DNA of 52,625 nt, the filler included, from Sphacelaria rigidula (Eukaryota): the NCBI GenBank assembly GCA_964200075.2. It is 3 parts of 3 records of this genome, joined end to end, with 100 filler letters (N's around TTAATTAATTAA, not from the genome) between each part and the next. Parts side by side here need not be neighbours in the genome. Positions count along the whole stretch, not along the records: positions 35,153 to 52,625 come from CAXNAA020001074.1; 2 more parts are not named here. One strand, given 5' to 3'. The position numbers and the translations under genes were made by a program. The notes beneath the pieces are model-generated. The model did no database searches. It was not told the origin of the DNA and saw only the letters and a program-made list of their open reading frames with translations. This document shows, piece by piece, positions 38,174 through 50,473 of this stretch. Numbering within the stretch: position 1 is the stretch's first letter; each line of letters starts with the position of its first letter.

Positions 38174-39121
38174 ACCGGTGAAGCCAAGCACCGCAACGGT
38201 CACGGTGCGCGGGGGGGGGGGGGGGGTACCCTTACTTTATCCTTCGTGCAGGTCATTTATTCCTACAACAATATCTTCTGCAACGATCACCCATTTTTGC
38301 AGCACGTTCGACGCGTCCGACCAAGATCGGTCTCTTCCTGTCGGACGCATCCCCATCATGACGAGGCCCGTCAGTCGCTACTACTGCTCTGTACACGCAG
38401 TGCATCAGCCCCTGCATTCTCCGCAAGAACACCGCAAGGAGGTCGTTTGCGGTTGACAGATGGTGGGAGCACCGCCATCCGCAACTCGGTTATGCCGCCT
38501 ATATCTGACACCAAAACTCCTGTGCGGAAGGCACACTCTTTCTGGGATTGATACACCTAGGTCTTGCTACTTGTATATCCACTTGCACATCGCAGTAGTG
38601 CGGTAGACGACGCCACCGGGTGGGTCCTCGGGAGCGGACCTCCGTCCTACACCTGCGACGAACTCAAGTCTGTGCAAGATCCTAGAATCTTGGGATCTCC
38701 ATTAGTGCTGACTTCTCAACCGACGGACAAAAGTTGGCCTTAAAAGCATGGTGTTGTAGCCGGGTTGACATATTTTCGTGCACAAATATTACTCATGTAT
38801 CATGAATTTGAAGCTCTACTTTGAATATCTGTAATAAATGCAATCAAGCTGCTACAACTTGACAGAACATACAACACAAAATACAGAAGAAACACGGAAC
38901 AACCTTCCCGTATCACCGGGCAAAAAATAAATAAATGAACGTGTGATCCAGAATCGCCCTTCGCGTCTACAAAATAACGCAGACCTGAGTTCAAAATCCA
39001 CACCCCGGTAACGCAACGCACGCGAAAAGCGCTTTCCGAGCACCCTCGTAGTCACAAGTCAACAACTATCTGCAAGTACAAGTCACATCGAACCCTCTCT
39101 CTACAGCCCCCCTTCTTCTCT

Positions 39122-39577
39122 CTACCTCCTCGAGGTGCCACCGTAACCAGCCTGACGCCGAGTCGCTCCCCCCCCTCCACCTCCGTCACCGCCGCCTGTC
39201 GGGCGATACCCACCCGCTCCCCCACCTCCGTGAAACGCACCCCCAGCATCAGCACCGGGATACCGTCGACGCCGCACGTACCCCCCTCGGTTACGCGGCG
39301 AACGCATGAGGTAACCCAAGGCCGCCCCTATCCCACCCCCCGCCCACCACGGGAACAAACCCCCCCCCCCTGCGGTCCCCGCGTCAGCTGGCGGGGCTGA
39401 TGGGGCCGTGCCAGAGCTGCCCTTGGAAGGAGGGTCGGAATGCGAGTTCCCGCCTCGCCAGTTGTCTCCACCGCCCCCGCCTCCCCCGCCGCCACCGCTT
39501 CCTCCTCCGCCTCCCCCGCCTCCGAAGTTTCCGCCGCCGCCCCCACCGCCGGGGGGCCGTGGTGGGCCTGGAATCAT

Positions 39578-39611
<34 letters not shown>

Positions 39612-41218
39612 AAACGGATACGCCACAAAACCATTGGTGGGCCCCCGAAGAGGGGGGTTTTTTTTCCCCACGCAGGCACTGCCGACGAGACTTACCTGAT
39701 ATCCTTTGCCCTACGATAGCTGCCGTATTTTCGAGTCGCTGATTGAGTCTGCACTGTTCTCTAAAAGTTGTGAACATAAAAGTGGCGAACCTTGTCTGGA
39801 TCAACGAGCTACTGACCGCACCTCGAACAAATTCGATAGGATGCGCAACTACTTGCACCTGAGGCTGAATCCACCTCTCAACACGATCACATCCATCCTG
39901 CCGAGAGTCATCGCTGTGCTGAAATAAATACAAGGGTGCCATTGCCAATACCCCTTGTGGGGCCTACTATTCAATCACCTGTCCACACACAAGCAACTCC
40001 ACGGGCCAACGCACGCAATGCCTTCAATGTTTCGTCTTCAGTACTCGTGAACATACTCCGGCGGTTGTACACAACGCAAACGGCGCTGGACTCTACTGGC
40101 CGCCGGAATATCACCACCATCCGCACCCGAACGCATCAACACCAAAAAGCTTATCTGCTCTCACCAGGGGGGGCATTCATGAACATCTGCTGCAAAAAGT
40201 TGTACCCCATGTACCCAACAACGCCCAGCACAGCCCACGTCATCAGGCGACTTGTGCGGTCATTGGTCCGGCTTTCCTGTCTCCACGAGTCCCCGTCATC
40301 ATCCATTCGAGACGATCGCGAGCGGTGATTTTGGCGTGAAGTTTTGAGGGAGTAGATAAGCTGACAGGAGCCCTTGAGGATGTACGGATCCTCAGGGTAT
40401 TCATATCCCTCGCAGCCAACCTGCACATACAGCGGGCCACGTGATAATATTTCCGTACATAAGTTTTCTCCTTCTAATACGTGTTGTTTCGGGGTACCAA
40501 ACAGGTAGTATTGTCTTTACATTTCAACACATATTACCTCGAGTAAAGCATTTTTACCTGTGCGCAGAGTACCCTCGGGTTCAGAGTGAGCAAAGCATTT
40601 TACTTTCTGCCTTGGCTGCTTGTTGGAAACTCAACATAATCCGACTAGCTCGCCCAACCGAGTACGACCAAGGCCACAGCCTTGCAAACGAGCGTGAAGC
40701 TGTCCGACAGACGCGCGTCATTCATACCGTCTAGAGAGGAGAAAATTGGAACACCGGTGAACGTGTCTTAAGTTTTCGTTCAACACATGCTCGTTCTTGA
40801 CCGACGTTAAACTCCAATTCCCATAAAAATGTGTCTGCACTTGAGAGGGATAGGGCGAAACTCTCAAAACGCGGCACAATTAGAAGATGATTAAAACCTT
40901 GTTGTCTGACTACACTAATTTCTCACTTCCCTGTATAGCACAGTCAGCAAAGAGGACGGACGCCCGTCACAAATGGACCAGAAATTCCTAAACAGATAAA
41001 CTCCAGTCACTCGCGAGTCTGCCGAACCCAGAGCCCGAAACCAGGCAGCCTCCTCACTCGTGTTATCTGTATGGAGCTACGAACAATGACACAAACCTCG
41101 ACAGACGAGAAGGAGTACCCGTCGGGCATGCTAGTCTCGCATTTCCAAGCTGCGTCAAAACCATCTTGCCCCATATTGTAGCACTGGACCATCTCGGGCG
41201 CCCAGTCGCCGCATCCTC
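39122..41218 (-). CDS. SARAF: SARAF/TMEM66-like store-operated calcium entry regulatory factor (5' exon(s) not identified)
   Basis: Phase-compatible exons: 41218-41097 (GGCGDWAPEMVQCYNMGQDGFDAAWKCETSMPDGYSFSSVE), 40420-40165 (VGCEGYEYPEDPYILKGSCQLIYSL, then TM segment LMTWAVLGVVGYMGYNFL) and 39567-39122 (Gly/Pro-rich tail with GAALGYLM, ending AGYGGTSRR*). QC.N.G.DG.D..W.C, CEGY..P.DPY.L.GSC.L.Y.L and the terminal GYGGT.RR are SARAF hallmarks. Confidence 0.88.
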
Positions 41219-42238
41219 CTGCCAAGCGTTGACGGGCGGGGAGGGGGGCAGGGTACTTATTTTTTACAGTGCAAAGGATAACGACAAAAACATATGGAAG
41301 CATGCCATGCTGCTGGAGGGCGTCCGTGTGCGATCTGTGTTGATGCATCGGCCGTTTCTGGCCTGATTTGGTGACTTGTTGACACTTTTCATAAGCAGCA
41401 GTGTTCGGTCCCGAGCAGCAAGTTCCGCAGTACGTGCCCAAGGTGAAAAATGATACCAATCTCTCCTCCATATACAGACGATCATGGACTATTATTAGAT
41501 GGGTTCACCAAACGCAATACTATGACACCCAGTGAAGGACACCGTGCAGACACTCACGTATAGTGCAACAGCGTATGCCATAGCACTGGAACATGACACT
41601 ATACTTGCAGAATACGGGAGAAGATTCCGTCAGTGGCATTGCAGGTAGAGAATCCCCAGTGTGTGAGACACGAAATCTTCTTGTGTTGGCGGGCACAGAA
41701 ATGAGTGGTAGGGTCTCACGTGCTGTGCCTCATGTATAGATTTGATTGGTTGATTGTCGAAAATTCTATTATTCCCGAGAGATCCAGCCGTGGTCACAAT
41801 ATAAACGTGCCCGAGGTAAACAAAGCGGACATACACCAGGGCTATTCCTTTTCGATATCATGGAGGCACTTGCGTAGTAGAATTTGTACGTTCCATTAGA
41901 TTGAGTCATGTTCCGCAGTTTCCATTGTCCGAGGCTCAGAGGGGAGGTCATCGCGGGAAGAGGGGTGGGCACTGTCAGCATCAACAGCTGGTTTCACGGA
42001 CGACGTGCGGAGGTGGAGAAAGCTGCATCACGCACGAGATTCGTCACAGCACACATCGCAAGCGATTGCTACCGAACAGAGGTAGCGTCCCGGTAGTACA
42101 TGCCGGGCCCCACCACGTGCGCACGGATCTTGAATCATACTTGTATACAGTATATATTATAATACTGCTTGCTGCCTGTGTATACGTGGTATACCACCCC
42201 TTGCTGCGCCACATTTTTTACAGTTGTTGGGGTTGAAG

Positions 42239-43247
42239 CTAAGCGTACAGTTGCCCTAGGTGGCGCACGCAGGAGTAAAAGGCCGCCTCCGCCGCTATAA
42301 TGGCTGTCTGTATCTTGGGCCAAGCTGTATGGTAACACAGCCGCGATGGCGCGAAAGCCGCCTGTAATATTTCACACCGTGGAGATTTTTACACACTGTT
42401 GTCTCGAAGTGTACACCGCGCAGCCCACTACAGCGCACATTGCAGTAGGCAATAATTTCTATACTGTGCCAGGTGCACTCTTTGACACTGTATACTGACT
42501 GTGGAAAGCTCTTGTCCAGGGTATGGTACATTTCCACATACTAGGTTAGGTGGTGAGATCATGAAATAATCCGCAACACATGGCCGAAGTGAAAGTGGGA
42601 GGCATCACCGAAATATTCATGTGCAAACCCTGTGCGGCCGTAGTTGAACTTCAAACCGCTAGAAGAACACCACTACAACCATCACTCCGGCTGCCAGACT
42701 GTTTGCGCGCCCGTCCCGGTAGTCGTGGGACTACCTGCAGCGGGACGTCGCCCCCCTTGCGAGGTATGCCGGCAAGGGTCTGTGGCACAACCCACTGGTC
42801 GCGCGACACGAGCTTGACCTTGACCTGAAGCGTATTTTGGAGCGGGAACGTTAAGCTCCCAACCGTCAGATATACAACGGAGCCTAAACGATGTTTCTTT
42901 GCTGGGTTTCTTCGAGCGTTCACCCATAACTGGGTGAAGATTCATGATGAGGTCGGCAGAATCCGTTACTGCGTGCGTGCCCGACTAGTACCACACCCAC
43001 TATAATCGTCATCAGGTAGCAAGTGCTGAAAAAAAAAACGACGCGTCGTCGGTGGTATCCACCGTTTAAATGCAGACTGGGCCCTCAGCACCTTCCGCTG
43101 CCGCAGCTGTGACTGTGACACCTTCCTCTGGTACCAATCTACACATCTTCAAGTTTCGGTGTTCTCTCAAGCGAGGTGCGGATTCTCTTCCCGCCTTCGC
43201 TTCCAAAGCACTACTCCATAATATCGAAAAGGGGACAAGATTGGCTC
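42239..43247 (-). CDS. Candidate 3' exons of a hypothetical protein upstream of SARAF
   Basis: Three stop-free segments with plausible splice sites join in phase 0: ~43247-43078 (RANLVPFSILWSSALEA...AEGAEGP), 42824-42735 (VKVKLVSRDQWVVPQTLAGIPRKGGDVPLQ) and ~42361-42239 (AAFAPSRLCYHTAWPKIQTAIIAAEAAFYSCVRHLGQLYA*). No family recognised. Confidence 0.35.
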
Positions 43248-44165
43248 TCTGAAGGAAACTCGAGAACGGCGACGGACAACTCACACACTCTAAATGCCGG
43301 CTGAGAGAGGACAAGCGTGTGGAAGATGGAACACGCAAAGAGCTACCGAACAGTGTTTTCCCGAAGCTGAAAGCTCCCGGTGCTTCACGTATCTCATCTG
43401 ATTCATCTCCTCGTCAAGATGGTCGATACCGTAGCGTTACATCTACTTCAATAATCGAGTACATGGCGTGGGAAGTGATACGTACAGTTGCAGTGGAGGC
43501 ACCGAGAGTAGATGAAATACGGGCCAAGGCATCAACCCCTGTTATCTCGGTGTTGTAGCAGTGCCTTCAGAGCACACACACACACATACACACACACTTG
43601 GGGGAGGGGTAAATACGCTATATATGCTACGTATAGCAACAGAAAGGAAAACGACGGCACAGTAATGAGCATACGCTTGTACGAGATCAAATAGTACTCC
43701 CCCAATTTGATGTATGAGACACCAACGGTTAGTGCGTGTGTACTCAACGAAGAAAGTCTCGTTTGAACACTTACGATCTGGAATACGACAAGTCGGTAGT
43801 GCAGCGCGCGTCAGCCCTCCTCTGCGTTACATCCACGTGAATTAAAGTATTGTCTCCTACACCACACCTCCAGATGAGGGATTTAGGATGGATACGCCGG
43901 CAGACTGTTCAATACCCGGGATATGCTGGTTCCCACCCCCTCTGGTGATGAAAGATGGTTTAATTGACAAAACGATGATTCACGCATGAACAAGGCGACG
44001 AGTTTGTACGTGCTACTTCCGATCGACCGTTCAATATGCGACGTTTCTCCATTTCATGCTGTCTGGTTGGTCGTGCTGCGCACCCAATCAACGATGATTC
44101 CGTTTATTTCTACCCTTGTACCCATCACATCGCTGTATCGCATCGGATTATATCGAGAAATAATC

Positions 44166-44240
44166 GTATCGTGACGTATCGTATCGTATCGTAACATATG
44201 GTATCGCACCACATCGCATCGCATCGTATCGTATCGTACG
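44166..44240. repeat. (TATCG/CATCG)n pentamer microsatellite
   Basis: CGTATCGTATCGTATCG...CATCGCATCGCATCGTATCGTATCG. Confidence 0.8.
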
Positions 44241-45139
44241 AGTACATGACGCTGGCACCCAGGCAGTCCGCCGTCATCGGCTATACACCGCGACACAACG
44301 GTCTCGTCCTTTTTAGAGCACAACCTTCATACTGTACGTATGCCTGCAGTAGATGTCGCGTATGTGATGCTTCTACGTGGCATGTGTGTTGCGTCTGCTG
44401 CCCTCGGGCGAGTTGCACGGCACCTGTCAACTTAGGTGTGCAAAAACAAACCAGCTGTGCGAGTGGTCTCCGCAGAACCAGCATGTTGTCCTTAGAGCAT
44501 GAGTTTTACAAAAAGCTGGACCTGGCATCGCTGCAGATATCGTTCACTGCAGATTTATACTGCGCTGCGCTGCATCAGCACCTCGTGGCTGGGCTCTCTA
44601 TTCGCGCGATATCCGACGAGGGCGAATGATCACAGACCACTGATGCATGGAGCCCACGACAAGAAGGTAATCACTTCAACACCGTGATCGCAGGGCACAT
44701 GGTGCTATCCTGAATCAAAACAAAATAATTGCTTCGAATTCCTCATAAACTTCTCGGCCGTCGCGCCCCGATGGTCGATCGGGTACATCAACATTAGCTC
44801 AACAGCGGGATGGCCCTCGTGGCTTCCAATCAGAACGCCACCATAAATTTTTCTGGTTTCCATCATCCGAAGACATAATTTTTGCATGAAATAATGCCAC
44901 TCCGAAAAAAACTCGACGGGCTTATGAAGAAGCCTCTCCGGAAGAGAAGCAGCAGGCGAAGAAGTTTTTTTTTTTTTTTTTCAAGTTTGGTTCGACCTGC
45001 CTTTTTCAAGACTAAGCCCGGTATGTTTGAACACCCGACGTGCAATAACGCGTTTTATAGAATTTCGATTACACTACAACACGAGCGAGGCGGTTACTTC
45101 TTGTGGCATGCCTCTGTACTACTTCGATGCCTCATGTAT

Positions 45140-45506
45140 GTGTGTGTTGCGTGTTGTCACCCCATCTATTCTGGACGTCGGTCTACATCTTTCGGTATAA
45201 TATGTGGGCGCATCAGCCGTGGTCACACAGGAGGAAGGTCAACACAGAAGTTTCTTTGTTTCTTATCTCGACTTAGTACTCCACATGCCTCCCGCGATGC
45301 TTGCCCTATTTTCTACATCTCGAGGAGGCTTCAGCGACCCCTTTCCCTCGTCGACCGTGATGTCGAATTCTGATGACATAGTCACTTTCCGTTGTTGGAC
45401 ATAATATGAGAAAAATCCCAGATCGTGTGACTTCACCGAGATTCGAACCCACGACCCAACCGTCAGAGGGTTTCGAGCGTACCAACTGAGCCACCGGGGC
45501 GACCGG
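45140..45506 (-). mobile_element. tRNA-derived SINE, copy 4
   Basis: Intact A box TGGCTCAGTTGG and B box GGTTCGAATC; shared body; CA-rich tail. Confidence 0.85.
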
Positions 45507-45650
45507 TGTGTCTGCACGAGGTCACGGTAAGTTACCCAGGTATTATTGGAGTCAATTGCCGATACACTGAACAGCCCCTCTCAGAAGGCAGTAAAAACAT
45601 ACCGTTTATTTTGCTTCAACTCCATCAAAAATCAGACACGCCATGCTTAG

Positions 45651-45753
45651 CCCTTTGACCGCGATGGGTAGGTCACCTGCTGAATCGGCATCAATACTCA
45701 CCTGAAAAAAGTATACATGATACAGATGGACTACCCGCACCGCGGTCTAAGGG
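45651..45753. mobile_element. piggyBac-like mini-MITE (103 bp)
   Basis: TTAG|CCCTTTGACCGCGATGGGTAG ... CTACCCGCACCGCGGTCTAAGGG|TTAA: CCC...GGG termini, ~20-bp imperfect TIR, TTAA-like target site. Confidence 0.65.
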
Positions 45754-47587
45754 TTAAGGCAGCAGATTTGCAATAAACGTGCGAGCAACCAGCAGTCGCT
45801 ATCGATACCTATGAAATACCCACTTTCGCACCCTTTGATGATTCATTTATTGTCGAACAGTACTTCAACTAACCCCCCAGGGGTCCAGCCGTGGTCACCC
45901 TGTGAACGCCAAATCACCATGCACCGGTACCGGTACCCATTACCCATGCAGCACAGATACAGAACGATACGACAAATCATGCCGTTTCTGTTCCAGTCAA
46001 ACCATATTATGGGCACTAACTAGTGCACAACCCTAGAGTCCACATATCGCGATCAACCCTTTTCCTGCTCCAACCTCTAGTTGGCTTCTGAACGGACGGG
46101 TGGTTTGCTGGAGTTCAGAAAAATTGTCTCTGGTGGAGAGACAGCGCCTCCAGAGCAGGTGCCGTTGCCACGCACATGCCGCGCGTCATGATTTATCACA
46201 CATTAGCCGCCGCGCCCTGGTGGTGTACCGGTAAAACTGAAACCATTAGATCCGTGAAAGTATCGGTGCGATTCCCGGGAGAATAATCCGGGTTTTTCTC
46301 CCGAAAAGTATCGGATTTCCGACGAGGAAAATGTGGGACCATGAGTATCAGGAAGAGTGATCTGACAAGAGTCGACGTGGTGCGGAAGCGGCTATCCAAT
46401 CCACGTTAGAAAAAATTGCAAGGCGTGTACTGGGTTTGGTCCCTTGAGACGACGGATACGTCCCGAGGCAGGGGAAGGGTTGAAAGTATGCGAGAAAAAG
46501 AAAAGAAACCAAGCAGCAGCGGCAGCGGCAGCAGCGGCAGCAGCGGCAGCATGCTGCCGTTGAGAATAGCAAGACAGTGGGACGAGAATCGGGCGAGCAG
46601 TATATGCGGCCATGTGTGCAAGAGGATATCAGCAGGTAACAACGTGTTCGTGAGATTGAGAGTAGTGCGCGGATTGAGAGTGCCCTGGATCATTCTCTTC
46701 AACTTAGCCAAGTTCATCACGTGTGTGCTTTTTTTTGCCTCCGATCACTGCCGTGTGCCTACAGCTACACGTCGATATCCTACTCAGGGATATAAAGGGC
46801 CTTAGTGGCAAGCTACTGCAGAAATAATATCGGGCCTCGCGGAGGTGCATTTCGGAACTGAAACGATTCATTCACTCATTGGCCGCTTTTCACTCTGTCA
46901 TATCCTCTACTCTCAATTTCACGAAAACATTCGATGCGCGGAGGGGGTTGCATATAGATGTATCCAGACCTGCCCGCGGGGGGCGACGCCGCTGGCCAGC
47001 TTTAACCACGTACACCGACCTAGCACCTATCCAATCACACCATCCAAGCTCTGGTGTATGGGTTCATGTCAGGGGCAGCGTCAGCAATATAGAGTTTAGG
47101 GGGGCTGGGTCCCTCAGTCACTGCCTGAAAAAAAGGTAATCAGAAATTGCAAAATATGTTGGTGATATTCGACCGAAAGTGCTGGTATCTGGCTGGATAG
47201 GTATACCAACTCTCTGATGTACAGTAGCTTACATCTGAAATAAGAGTTTTTCGTAGTATTTTCGTAGTCGAGGATATCCCAAAGTATCTTCTCGTGCCAC
47301 CGCTCATCCCAGGGAACGTTTGATCCCAAAGATCGGGGATCGGGAGATACTAGACACCCCCCTCCACATTCCGGAATAACATCATATCTGCGCTCATTGT
47401 TAAACGACGTACGGGCTGACCGGTTTTCGCGGGGTCCTGAGACCCTCCGGTCCAGGTTTTGACCCTTGTGTATTTTTGATCGACTGAAGAAATCTCAATG
47501 GCTTTGGGCTGACCGGTTTTCGGGGTTCTGAGACCCCTCGGTCCCAGGTTCTGGCCAATCCGCGACATCAATATGCAAGGCATGTAC

Positions 47588-47664
47588 TGGGGGGGCGTAC
47601 TCATTTGTTGCTTGCCTTAGTCCTTTGATCATTGACCACGCATCGCTTTCGAGACGGAGCACCG
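47588..47664 (+). repeat. Short G-tract-anchored element, subfamily B
   Basis: GGGGGGGCGTACTCATTTGTTGCTTGCCTTAGTCCTTTGATCATTGACCACGCATCGCTTTCGAGACGGAGCACCG. Confidence 0.8.
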
Positions 47665-48569
47665 TTCCTGCTCCCAATAGAGATACCTCCGACATTTAGG
47701 TGCTCATTACGTTCCTTCAATACACTACACCAAAACATTTCACATATCTTGTCCCCGTCCTGTTTTGCCGTCAGTGGTCACCATCCATCTCCTAGTATTA
47801 TTATTATTATTATTTCCGCACATTAGTCCGACCTCTCGAACCTGCGGTCACAGACGTAGGCTCATCTTTCCAATACCGTCCCTGCTATTCCATACAAGAC
47901 ATAAAGTCCTCCACCATTTGTTTTAGACTCCAGCCTAATTACAACAAACGCAATCAACTCAAATATGACCAAAATGAATATAAGAAGAGAGGCGCCAAGA
48001 AAAGCATGAGAAGTAGCTTCCCCGAGTTCAACGGGGTGAAGAAAAAAAAACCCTTCAGATCTGCTAAGAAAAGCACATCGACAGAAAAGGGAAATAAAAT
48101 AAAAGACAAGAGAACACAGATGACACAAAGGGATTTGCAAGGCCACGGAGCGGGGGGCAACTCAAAAAACATCCTCAGGCACACTCATAAGATCACCACC
48201 ATAGCTGTTCGGAAAGACCGCAGACGTACTAGTGAGAGTACCTCCCGATGGACTAGTGGTTACTTTTTGAGGGTCCTCGGTAGGCACTGGGGGAGCAGCA
48301 CAGCAGAAAGTTCCTTAGCGTGGCGTGCTTTTGTCCAGGCTGCCCATGTACATGTTAGTCCGCTCCTCTACAACTCGGGACCAGTCGGATACATCTTGGG
48401 CAACCTGCGTGCAAAATGTCGCATTTATTCCGAAGTACGAGCAGTCCGTGATACAGTGTTGTTGCTCGTCGGCCTGCCCTGGTCTTCTCCCCAGCCATGA
48501 CTCGGCCGGCGTGTAGGAGGGTTCGCTTCACCACTGTGGCCTCAATGCACTCGCAGCTATTAATAGTTC

Positions 48570-49140
48570 GTTCGAGGAAATAGCCATCGTTTTGTTGCTA
48601 CTGTCAAATCCATCAAACGATTTCGTGCCACCTCCGTTCACGTCCCGCACTTCTCCCTCTAGCACGTCCTGTTATTCCTTGTATATTTCACCCTCCGCCA
48701 CTTTATGAGTTCTGCTCTCCATGGCTTTGCCACAGGGGCAATTATGTGCATCTACCTCCTCCTCCTCTCGACTACTGGTATATTCCTTTCTTCTTTCTGG
48801 CAGGTCCAGGTCCCCCACCCTAAAATCGCAGTTCGCAGTTTCGATTTTTTCGCCGCGTTCATGGGGTCATGCAAATATGGTATCATCCCTATCCCATCTC
48901 TCAACTCCTCGTATATCTTTAGGTGTTCTTCCTCTTCTACTTTGCGTCTGAGCGCTTCTTTCCCTCTTACTTCTATCATGTCTCTTACTCTTGTCCTGTA
49001 CCCCGCGCCTTCACCCATGGACAGTATTTTGTCTTCGTTTCCTCCCATCTCCTTCCATACTTCCTCGAATTCTTCATACCACCTTATTCCAACCTGCCCT
49101 TTCGTAGTTTTCTTCCATACAATTCCGATCACTCTTGTGA
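48570..49140 (-). mobile_element. Degenerate LINE ORF2 C-terminal fragment
   Basis: WYEEFEEVWKEMGG...EEEHLKIYEELRDGIGMIPYLHDPM..AK..KLR, then frameshifted GDLDLPER...AHNCPCGKAMESRTH (zinc-knuckle-like C..H motif), typical of non-LTR ORF2 ends. Confidence 0.7.
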
Positions 49141-50123
49141 ATGAGTTCAAGGACCCTTGTTTTTTTTCACCTATATTCATTGCGCTAGAGCCGAAAAAAA
49201 ATGTGTTCTGGACCGAAAGCGGTCAATAACACCCTTTGTCAATTTACCCCGGAAGTCGTTCAATATTGAGCGCAAAGACGATTCTTGTGTCGGAATGTGG
49301 AGCGGATGCCGAGTATATCCCGACTTACAAACGTTGGGGTCAAGCGCTCGCTGGGATGAGCGGTGGCACGCGAAAAAATCATTGAAAATCGCTGACTACG
49401 AAAAAAGTACAGAAATTTCCTATTTTAGATGAAAACTAGCATATAGTGCATGACCTCACATTTGCTCTCCATGGTTCCGTGATTGTCGCACTATACGGGG
49501 CATTACCTGTTCCTAAGCTAGAGTAGGGATGGACGAGTTTTCAGCAACAGGCGCTAGTGAAACGAGATTCACCGAGCGGCGCGGCGAGAATGTTTTTGGT
49601 GGGGCCGAGAGCGGACAGCTTCCGCACGTGGGCGATGAAGGTGCACGAAAGAGATGGCTTGCTGTGATTGTTTTCAAGGTTATATTCTGCAGGAGACGGG
49701 TATGCTAGGTGGGGTATGAGATTCCTCGTAGAACTTACAGAACTGTCGGGTAGAATATGGATGTTGTAAAGGAACCCGTACTCGCATCCCGCACCCAGGT
49801 ATTTCTACAAGGGTAAACCCTGATCCCGGGTAAGGGTGAGGATGCATGCAACATGGGGCGCGTTCATGACGTGTGCCAACCGCGCATGCTGGTTCACAAA
49901 AAAACGCAACACAAACAACAAATGTAAATACAAATGATGGGGAAATTTGTCACCGTAGAACCCTGAACTCCGCTACAATCAGAAATTGGACATAAATGCA
50001 TCTATTTGGTGCGCACGGTAGAAGTAGAAACCGAAACGGTATTCGATATACCGAAATAAAGAGGAACACTAATTTTCAACTCAGCCAAACAAACCGCATA
50101 AATGAAACAAAATTTATTGTATA

Positions 50124-50473
50124 TGTGGGAGATATCCCTTTACAGTGACATATCAGAGACAGATGTCACACATGTATACAGACCCAGCGCAAGCAGGGAC
50201 AAGTTAGGAACGTTCCGCAAGGACCAGATCACCGAGAACCCTGTAATGCCGACGTAACCAGAGAACTCGGGGTGATGCCAGGCAGAGCCTAATATGGGAC
50301 GGTCCAACATCCCCCGAGGCCATGGTCGCCTATGGCGACCACTCCTCGTATGACCCTCTTCTTGCCTATATATACAAGAGGAAATCATTGCCAGCCTCGG
50401 AGTTCCTTCGGCATCAGGACGGCAGTCTCCCTCCGTAGGTCTCCGACTACTCTAGCGATACGCCTTCCTTACA
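50124..50473 (+). mobile_element. Candidate solo LTR (350 bp)
   Basis: TGT...ACA termini flanked by a 4-bp direct repeat TATA (50120-50123, 50474-50477); internal TATA-box-like CCTATATATACAAG at ~50365. Confidence 0.5.

Noticed and set aside
39328-39742. Several Gly/Pro/Arg-rich ORFs on both strands
   Set aside because: By-products of the GC-rich SARAF last exon and an intronic G-run.
45440-45506. Functional tRNA genes at the SINE heads
   Set aside because: A and B boxes are present but there is no cloverleaf, and each head continues into a shared ~280-bp body.
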